Origin: Patescibacteria group bacterium
GTDB lineage: Bacteria > Patescibacteriota > Patescibacteriia > JBHPGJ01
Length of the DNA: 60,623 nt
NCBI GenBank assembly: GCA_042570545.1
Contig: JBHPGJ010000009.1
Coordinates: forward strand, 1-60,623
Direction: 5' to 3'
This document shows, one piece after another, positions 18,845 to 25,769 of the stretch. The notes below the pieces were generated by a model that saw only the letters and a list, made by a program, of their open reading frames with translations, was not told the DNA's origin and did not search any database. The position numbers were made by a program, and so were the translations under genes. Position 1 is the stretch's first letter. The number at the start of each line of letters is the position of its first letter.

Positions 18845-19000
18845 ATGTGTTGTCCTTTTTCAAAGGAAAAATAAAAACAAAAACACACATGAGGAGGCCA
18901 GAGGCCTATAATTCGCCTCTGGATTTATAAAAAAATCCAAAGTCGATAGGGCCTCTGGCCCTCAAACTTTTTCTTGATATGCTCTCTTATAAAAAAGAGA
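18845..19000 (+). ncRNA. Putative structured 5' leader or small RNA of unknown family
   Basis: Several hairpins starting at the predicted TSS; GC-rich 10-bp stem GGCCAGAGGC/GCCTCTGGCC in an AT-rich context; alternative pairing partner; two stems with identical ATAAAA loops. Confidence 0.6.
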
Positions 19001-19018
19001 TTTTTTAATAAAACAAAA

Positions 19019-20428
19019 ATGAAAAATAAAAATTATTTTATTGCTTTCGTCATTATATTACTGTTCATTCTTCCAGTTGATGTTAAAGCAGAAAATGAGC
19101 AAGCACCAGAAATAAAATTATTTGATACCGAAGCTGTTAAGCAATTTAGAAGTTTTTTTGGCTTTGCTAAAAATTGGTATGGTGGAGTCAATCTTGCCAC
19201 TGGCGATGTTGATGGTGATGGTGAAGAAGAAATAATTGCTGCTGCTGGCCCAGGTGGTGGTCCGAATGTACAAGTTTATTCCCGAAGGGGAAATCGGTTA
19301 TTTAATTTCATGGCTTATGACGAACGATTTCGTGGCGGAGTTAATATTGCCACCGGAGATGTTGATGGTGATGGTATTGATGAAATTATTACCGCTCCCG
19401 AATTTGGCGGTGGCCCACATATAAAAATATTTAGATTTGACGGAAAATTATCAACGCAATTTAATGCTTTTGATCCAAGTATGAAAAAAGGTTTTACCGT
19501 TACCTCGGGTGACACTGATGGCGATGGTAAAGACGAAGTGATTGTAGCAACCGGACTGGGGACCAGAACTGAAGTAAAAATATTTAATCGATATGGCAAA
19601 TATTTGGACCAAACGTTTTATCCATTTTCTGAAGATGAAAAAGGCGGAGCCTCAATGGCCACAGGAAACTTTGATGATGACCCAATGGACGAAATTATAA
19701 TTGCCGTAAGACGACGTGGTAAGCCCTGGATAAAAATTTATAACAATGATGACCACCGGACAATAACTAGCGAATTTTATGCTTTTCCTAATGAATTTCA
19801 AGGCGGTGTTAATGTGGCCGCCGGTGATATAAACGGTGACAATATTAATGATATTATAGTAGCGGCAAATTCAGGTGGTGGACCACACGTCAGAACGTTT
19901 TCAGTTAATGGTATTAAGAAAAATTTTCAAGTATTCCCGTATCCTCTAAACTTTAGTGGTGGAGTAAATGTTGCAACTATTGATAACAATAACGATGGAC
20001 TATTAGAAATTATAACAGCGCCCAGTGCTCATCTTTCTGGAAATCGTCCAGAACTAGTAAAATATATCGAGGTTGATTTATCTGAACAGACTTTACGAGC
20101 TTATGAATACGGAAAATTAATTAAAACTTTTTTAGTATCAACAGGCAAACTTGGCTATAATACTAAACAGGGGGATTTTTCAATTTCGCAAAAAATACTG
20201 GTCAAAGATTATTTTGGATATTATGGACCAGGCCATCCTGATAATTACGATTTGCCCAACGCCAAGTGGAACTTACGTTTTAATGGCGCCTTTCTTTTAC
20301 ATGGTGCTTATTGGCATAATAATTTTGGTAATGTTATGAGCCATGGTTGTGTAAATATAAGTTATACAAATGCCGAGTGGCTATATAATTGGGCAACAAT
20401 TGATACTGCTGTCAAAGTAAAAGAATAA
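19019..20428 (+). CDS. Secreted FG-GAP-repeat beta-propeller fused to a YkuD L,D-transpeptidase domain
   Basis: Signal peptide from ATG 19019 (MKNKNYFIAF...VKA); six GGVN.A.GDxDGDG..EII repeats; IEVDLSEQ, VSTG, HGAYWH...SHGCVN catalytic motif. Confidence 0.9.
   Translation: MKNKNYFIAFVIILLFILPVDVKAENEQAPEIKLFDTEAVKQFRSFFGFAKNWYGGVNLATGDVDGDGEEEIIAAAGPGGGPNVQVYSRRGNRLFNFMAYDERFRGGVNIATGDVDGDGIDEIITAPEFGGGPHIKIFRFDGKLSTQFNAFDPSMKKGFTVTSGDTDGDGKDEVIVATGLGTRTEVKIFNRYGKYLDQTFYPFSEDEKGGASMATGNFDDDPMDEIIIAVRRRGKPWIKIYNNDDHRTITSEFYAFPNEFQGGVNVAAGDINGDNINDIIVAANSGGGPHVRTFSVNGIKKNFQVFPYPLNFSGGVNVATIDNNNDGLLEIITAPSAHLSGNRPELVKYIEVDLSEQTLRAYEYGKLIKTFLVSTGKLGYNTKQGDFSISQKILVKDYFGYYGPGHPDNYDLPNAKWNLRFNGAFLLHGAYWHNNFGNVMSHGCVNISYTNAEWLYNWATIDTAVKVKE
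19181..20024 (+). repeat. Six FG-GAP-like protein repeats (about 50 aa period)
   Basis: GDVDGDGEEEII, GDVDGDGIDEII, GDTDGDGKDEVI, GNFDDDPMDEII, GDINGDNINDII, IDNNNDGLLEII; the first two are also similar at DNA level. Confidence 0.85.
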
Positions 20429-20456
20429 TATAACAATTTATTGAGAATTTGAAAGA

Positions 20457-20482
20457 ACGTCTTTTAAAATATTAAAAGACGT
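20457..20482. terminator. Perfect 11-bp inverted repeat between the L,D-transpeptidase gene and secD (terminator or operator)
   Basis: ACGTCTTTTAA-AATA-TTAAAAGACGT. Confidence 0.5.
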
Positions 20483-20501
20483 GATATATTATTTCTCATA
20501 A

Positions 20502-22202
20502 ATGACACAACAATCAAAAATTAGAGTAATTCTACTAATAATATTTTTACTTACTGCCGCTGCGGTCTATGTGGATTATCCAAAATCACCCGACTTAAAG
20601 ATTGGTAATTGGGAAAAAGAATTAAAAGTGCATCTAGGGCTAGATTTAGAAGGTGGTATTCATTTAGTATATCGTGCCGATGTCAATGAAATTCCAGACA
20701 GTGACCGATCTGATGCTCTCGATGGAGCCAGAGATGTTATAGAGAGAAGAATAAATATTTTTGGTGTATCTGAACCTATAGTACAAACTAGTCAGTTGGC
20801 AGGTGATTACCGGATCATTGTTGAACTAGCTGGAGTTTTTGATGTAAATAGGGCTATCGAAATAATTGGTGACACTCCATTGCTTGAATTTAAAGAAGAA
20901 GGAGAAACTAGTGAAACTGATGAATTAAGCGAGGTTGATGCTGATATCACAGCCTATAATGAACAAGCCAAAAACAGGGCCCAAGAAATACTGACTAAGG
21001 CATTATCAGCTGATGCTGATTTTGCTTCATTGGCAAACGAGTTTTCAGAGGATCCGGGTAATACCAACAGCGAAGGCGATAAATTGGGTGGTGAACTGGG
21101 ATTTAATATAGCCGGTACTTTTGTTGAAGAATTTGACGAGGCGTTATTTGTTAATTTAGAAGATGATGAAATTTATCCGGAATTAGTAGAAACGGTTTTT
21201 GGTTATCACATAATTAAGAGAGAAGAAAGTAGGCAGAATGATGATGATGAACTCGAAGTAAAAAGTCGGCATATTTTAATATCAAAAAGAAGTGAACAAG
21301 ATATTGTAAATCAATTAGAAAATTATCAAGCCACTGATTTAACCGGGCAACATTTGAAATCAGCCCAAGTACAATTTGATCCAAATACAAACGAACCGTT
21401 AGTAGCCTTGGAATTCAATAGTGAGGGAAGTGATTTGTTCGCTGAAATTACCAAAAGGAATTTAGGACGGACGGTCGCAATATTCTTGGATGGTGCGCCG
21501 ATATCTATTCCGGTAGTTAATCAAGAAATTACATCAGGTCAAGCCGTAATACAAGGTAGCTTTACTCTAGACGATGCCAAAACATTAGCTCGTAGATTAA
21601 ATGCCGGAGCCTTACCAGTTCCGTTAACCTTATTAAGTCAGCAATCGATTGGTGCCACCTTGGGAAGACAATCAGTGGAGACTAGTCTTTTCGCCGGGTT
21701 AGTTGGTTTAATCATGGTGGCAATATTTATGGTTATATATTACCGTTTACCTGGTGTCATGGCAGTATTGGCATTAACAATTTATGCCTTAATAGTTTTA
21801 GCAATATTTAAATTATGGCCCGTAACTTTAACCCTAGCTGGTGTGGCCGGTTTTATATTATCTATCGGCATGGCCGTCGATGCTAATATTTTAATATTTG
21901 AGAGACTGAAAGAAGAATTAAGAGCCGGACGAGCACCAGCACAAGCTGTTGAAGAAGCATTCCGTCGAGCCTGGCCCTCTATTAGGGATGCTAATATATC
22001 AAGTTTAATTACAACTTTTATATTATTTATTTTCTCGACAAGTCTAATAAGAGGTTTTGCTGTTACTTTAAGTATTGGCATAGTAATAAGTATGTTTTCG
22101 GCCATGGTAATTACAAAAAATTTGTTAAGATCAATCTCTGTAAATAAAGATATCCACGGTAAAAAAATATTTGGCATTAAAATACCGACTAACAATGAAT
22201 AA
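20502..22202 (+). CDS. secD: Protein translocase subunit SecD with an inserted parvulin-type PPIase domain
   Basis: LGLDLEGG, IERRINIFGVSEP, LNAGALP, GMAVDANILIFER; insert aa ~153-262 with DFASLANEFSED, GGELG, TVFGYHII, SRHILI. Confidence 0.96.
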   Translation: MTQQSKIRVILLIIFLLTAAAVYVDYPKSPDLKIGNWEKELKVHLGLDLEGGIHLVYRADVNEIPDSDRSDALDGARDVIERRINIFGVSEPIVQTSQLAGDYRIIVELAGVFDVNRAIEIIGDTPLLEFKEEGETSETDELSEVDADITAYNEQAKNRAQEILTKALSADADFASLANEFSEDPGNTNSEGDKLGGELGFNIAGTFVEEFDEALFVNLEDDEIYPELVETVFGYHIIKREESRQNDDDELEVKSRHILISKRSEQDIVNQLENYQATDLTGQHLKSAQVQFDPNTNEPLVALEFNSEGSDLFAEITKRNLGRTVAIFLDGAPISIPVVNQEITSGQAVIQGSFTLDDAKTLARRLNAGALPVPLTLLSQQSIGATLGRQSVETSLFAGLVGLIMVAIFMVIYYRLPGVMAVLALTIYALIVLAIFKLWPVTLTLAGVAGFILSIGMAVDANILIFERLKEELRAGRAPAQAVEEAFRRAWPSIRDANISSLITTFILFIFSTSLIRGFAVTLSIGIVISMFSAMVITKNLLRSISVNKDIHGKKIFGIKIPTNNE

Positions 22203-23091
22203 CGTTTATAGAATTATTCAACGAAGAAAAATATGGTATTCACTGTCAATAATTATAATTATTATTGGTGCGGTATTTATTGCCTTGGGCGGTTTAAAAT
22301 TGGGCGTTGATTTCACCGGCGGTTCATTAATGCAAATATCTTTTGCTGATGATCGGCCAGCTATGAGTGAAATTACAAATGTGTTTAGTGGACAAAATGT
22401 TGAAAATGTCAGAATGCAAACGCTAGGTGAATTAAGTTATAATATTAGATTTGCCGAAGTTGACAGTCAAAAACATCAAGAAATACAATTAGCCCTTAAA
22501 GAAAAATTTAATGATTATAGGGAAGAATCATTTGAAGTCATTGGTCCAGTTATCGGTCAGGAAGTTACGAATCGAGCAATAACATCGATAAGCTTAGTGT
22601 TGTTAGGAATAATAATTTATATTATGTGGGCCTTCCGGTCGGCCACCAGTGAATTTTCTTCATGGATGTTTGGAATAAATGCTGTCATTGCTCTACTGCA
22701 CGATATTGCCATTACTATTGGTATATTTGCTGCGTTAGGATATTTCTTCGGCATTGAAATTAATGTATTGTTTGTAACGGCTCTACTTACCATCTTGGGA
22801 TTTTCTGTACATGATACCATCGTTGTATTTGATCGAATCCGTGAATCATTAAAGGTCCAATCGGGTACATTAGAAGAAATTGCTAATTACAGTGTTAATC
22901 AAACAATAGTAAGATCTGTTAATACTACATCGACAACACTATTAGTTTTGTTAGCATTGTTTATCTTTGGTGGAAATAGCATTCACTATTTTGTATTGGC
23001 CCTAATAATCGGTATGATTGCTGGTACATATTCATCAATCTTCATTGCCAGCCCATTATTGATAAGTTTATCTGGACTGAAAAAAAGATAA
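22195..23091 (+). CDS. secF: Protein translocase subunit SecF
   Basis: LGVDFTGG, IGPVIG, LLHD, GFSVHDTIVVFDRIRE, GTYSSIFIASP; ATG 22195 overlaps the secD end. Confidence 0.96.
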   Translation: MNNVYRIIQRRKIWYSLSIIIIIIGAVFIALGGLKLGVDFTGGSLMQISFADDRPAMSEITNVFSGQNVENVRMQTLGELSYNIRFAEVDSQKHQEIQLALKEKFNDYREESFEVIGPVIGQEVTNRAITSISLVLLGIIIYIMWAFRSATSEFSSWMFGINAVIALLHDIAITIGIFAALGYFFGIEINVLFVTALLTILGFSVHDTIVVFDRIRESLKVQSGTLEEIANYSVNQTIVRSVNTTSTTLLVLLALFIFGGNSIHYFVLALIIGMIAGTYSSIFIASPLLISLSGLKKR

Positions 23092-23139
23092 AAATTATCA
23101 CAATAAAAAAAATAATATTGTTTTAATTTAGCCATAATC

Positions 23140-23168
23140 TTGACAAAAAATGTATAAAATGCTATACT
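23140..23168 (+). promoter_or_regulatory. Strong sigma70-type promoter
   Basis: TTGACA (23140-23145), 17 bp spacer, TGc-TATACT (23163-23168). Confidence 0.8.
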
Positions 23169-23186
23169 ATGGCTGAATTTTAAATA

Positions 23187-24359
23187 ATGGTAAATAACGA
23201 TAAACAAAATAATTCGACTGAAGAAATCATGAACGAAAGCGGTTCATCCATTTTGGATAAGATAATTAGCTCAAAACAATCTTCAGCTATTGAAGCATTT
23301 CATCCGGTTGATACGGTAACTAATTTATTAAAACAGCTATCTAATAAAGACGAAGATATTATTAGAAGAAGATTTGGTTTGAATGGACAAAAGTCAGAAA
23401 CATTAGAAGAGATTGGAAAAATATATAATGTTACTAGAGAAAGAATTAGACAAATCGAAAGATCCGGAATCGATAAGATAAAATCATTTGGTCAATTTGA
23501 AACAACTGTTGAACCGGTAGCTGAAGTTATAAAATCAATATTAGAGCAAAGCGGCGGTATCATGGAAGAAGAATCAATGATGAGACAATTGTTAATTAAT
23601 ACCGGCGATACCAAAATAAATAGAAATTCTATAAATTTCATAATTCAAGAACTTTTAAATAATCGATTTGAAATAATTAATGAATCGTCTTCAAGAAAAA
23701 TAGCCTGGCACATAAAATTATCTCCATTAGACTTAGTTAACAGAACCATCGATGCCATCGAAGAGATAATAAGCAAAATCGGTAAGCCAATGGATCTTGA
23801 AAATTTGATTGATGAATTTCGCCAGCATGAAATATATAAACATAACGCTGATAAATTAAATGAGACAGTAATAACTAGCTATATTGAATTATCAAAAAAT
23901 ATTGATAAGAATCCATTTGGTGAATACGGACTAGTTGGTTGGGGCAGTATCGTGCCAAAAAGAATGAATGATAAAATATACCTCGTTATGAAAAAGCATG
24001 GTAAGCCATTGCATTTCAATGAAATTACAAAACAAGTAAATACAGCTGGCTTTGACAACCGCAAAGCCTATGCCCCGACAGTTCACAACGAGCTAATATT
24101 AAATGATCGTTATGTTTTAATCGGTAGGGGAATTTATGCCCTAAAAGAGTGGGGCTATAAACCAGGAGTGGTGCTGCAAGTATTAATAAGAGTATTAGAA
24201 AAATCACCCATTGCATTATCTCGTGATGATTTAGTTAAGAGGGTCCTTGAACAGAGAGTAGTGAAGAAAAATACTATATTTTTGGCCTTAACAAATAAAA
24301 ATTATTTTACCCGTCTTGAAGATGGCAAATATATTATCAATAACAAAGAACAAAATTAA
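23187..24359 (+). CDS. Sigma70 region-4 HTH plus C-terminal HARE-HTH (RNAP delta-like) protein; not a complete sigma factor
   Basis: IIRRRFGL...TLEEIGKIYNVTRERIRQIE; C-terminal KHGKPLHFNEI...TVHNELI..RYVLIGRGIYALKEWG; no region 2 motif. Confidence 0.8.
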   Translation: MVNNDKQNNSTEEIMNESGSSILDKIISSKQSSAIEAFHPVDTVTNLLKQLSNKDEDIIRRRFGLNGQKSETLEEIGKIYNVTRERIRQIERSGIDKIKSFGQFETTVEPVAEVIKSILEQSGGIMEEESMMRQLLINTGDTKINRNSINFIIQELLNNRFEIINESSSRKIAWHIKLSPLDLVNRTIDAIEEIISKIGKPMDLENLIDEFRQHEIYKHNADKLNETVITSYIELSKNIDKNPFGEYGLVGWGSIVPKRMNDKIYLVMKKHGKPLHFNEITKQVNTAGFDNRKAYAPTVHNELILNDRYVLIGRGIYALKEWGYKPGVVLQVLIRVLEKSPIALSRDDLVKRVLEQRVVKKNTIFLALTNKNYFTRLEDGKYIINNKEQN

Positions 24360-24374
24360 AAATCTAAACTATAA

Positions 24375-25769
24375 ATGTCCGATCTAGCAGCTTCCAGTTT
24401 AACAATCTGGGATCCATTTATAACATTATGGCAAATATTAACCAATGGTGGTTGGCTGGTTATCCTTGGTGCTTTTTTAGTCGGTTTTTGGTGGTGGTAT
24501 GTGATCCATATAAAGTTAAGTTATTCGGGCAAGATCGATTATGTATTATTAGCCATTGATGTGCCCAAAGATAACGAACAAAGTCCCAAGGCCGTTGAAC
24601 ATATTTTTTCACAATTACATGGCATATTAAAATCAGGCGATCTGATACAACGCTATGTCGCTGGATATAATCAAATGGGCTTTGCTTTTGAATTGGTTAG
24701 CATTGATGGTTATATACAATATTTGGTAAGAACGCCAACTAATTATAGAGATTTAGTAGAGTCTGCAATCTACGCTCAATATCCAGATGCCGAAATAAGC
24801 GAAGCTACTGATTATACAGAAAATATACCCCATGAATATCCAGATGACGAATATGACATGTATGGTTTTGAAATGAAATTGACCAATAAACAAGTCTATC
24901 CCATAAGAACATATCCAGAGTTTGAACATTCACTTTCACAAGAATTTAAAGATCCGATGGCGGCTTTGTTGGAAATGATGAGTCGTTTACAGGTAGGTGA
25001 GCAGGTATGGTTACAATTAAATGTTTATCCAGCCTCAGATAAAATATGGCGTGAGGAGGGGAAGGCTCTAATAAAAAAATTAGTTGGCGCCAAATCTGCC
25101 AATGGTAAAAGCGGTATGGTATCGCAAGTTGGTCAGGGCGTAAGTGAATCAATCACCGCTTCATTGATGCCCATTGGCGCGGATTCTGACAACAAAGTAG
25201 AAAACCGGTGGCCGACATTAATGCAACACCTAACCCCGTCCGAAAGATCAATTGTTGAAGCAATTGGGATAAAATTGTCAAAACTAGGATTTTTTTGCAA
25301 GATTAGATTAATATATTTGGGTAAAAAAAATGTCTATAATACCAGAACACGCATACAAGCAATTATGGGTACAATTAAACAGTTTAATTCCCAGGACTTG
25401 AATGGATTTAAACAAGATAAAAAAACTCGTACCAGAGCTGTCTATCCACCAATAAAATCAATAATTGACTGGAGAATAAAACGTCGGCGTAAAAAAATAA
25501 TGTTAGGATACAAATATAGATCTATTTTACGTGGACGTAATCAGTTTGTTCTTAATATAGAGGAACTGGCCTCAATCTGGCACTTCCCGGTACTGACGGT
25601 CAAAGCTCCGCTAGTGCAAAAAACAGAAAGTAAAAAGAGCGAACCACCCACCTCATTACCATTAGAAGGCGCCCAGATACCGATTGGACCGGAAGAAGAG
25701 GTGGAAGAAGCTAAAACTGCTGTGCCGACCGAAGAAAAAACACCAGCTAATTTACCATTTGTAGAATAA
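24375..25769 (+). CDS. Membrane-anchored conserved hypothetical protein, partner of the downstream ATPase
   Basis: N-terminal TM; VESAIYAQYPDAEI, YPIRTY..FE, LNIEELASIWHFP; TAATG coupling to the ATPase. Confidence 0.75.
   Translation: MSDLAASSLTIWDPFITLWQILTNGGWLVILGAFLVGFWWWYVIHIKLSYSGKIDYVLLAIDVPKDNEQSPKAVEHIFSQLHGILKSGDLIQRYVAGYNQMGFAFELVSIDGYIQYLVRTPTNYRDLVESAIYAQYPDAEISEATDYTENIPHEYPDDEYDMYGFEMKLTNKQVYPIRTYPEFEHSLSQEFKDPMAALLEMMSRLQVGEQVWLQLNVYPASDKIWREEGKALIKKLVGAKSANGKSGMVSQVGQGVSESITASLMPIGADSDNKVENRWPTLMQHLTPSERSIVEAIGIKLSKLGFFCKIRLIYLGKKNVYNTRTRIQAIMGTIKQFNSQDLNGFKQDKKTRTRAVYPPIKSIIDWRIKRRRKKIMLGYKYRSILRGRNQFVLNIEELASIWHFPVLTVKAPLVQKTESKKSEPPTSLPLEGAQIPIGPEEEVEEAKTAVPTEEKTPANLPFVE

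Noticed and set aside
18974-19018. TTG start for the L,D-transpeptidase gene
   Set aside because: The signal peptide begins at ATG 19019, and the upstream part lies in the structured leader.
19181-19420. Direct DNA repeats as a CRISPR array or DGR template/variable repeat pair
   Set aside because: They are in-frame FG-GAP repeats with mostly synonymous differences; no spacer pattern, cas gene, reverse transcriptase or adenine-specific mismatch pattern.
20380-20428. VemP/SecM-like arrest peptide at the end of the secreted gene upstream of secDF
   Set aside because: The C-terminus is an ordinary YkuD ending with no RAGP/RAPP-like motif, and secD seems to have its own extended -10.
23187-24359. 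Calling this gene rpoD or a true sigma factor
   Set aside because: Region 2 (core binding and -10 melting) is absent, and region 4 is N-terminal.
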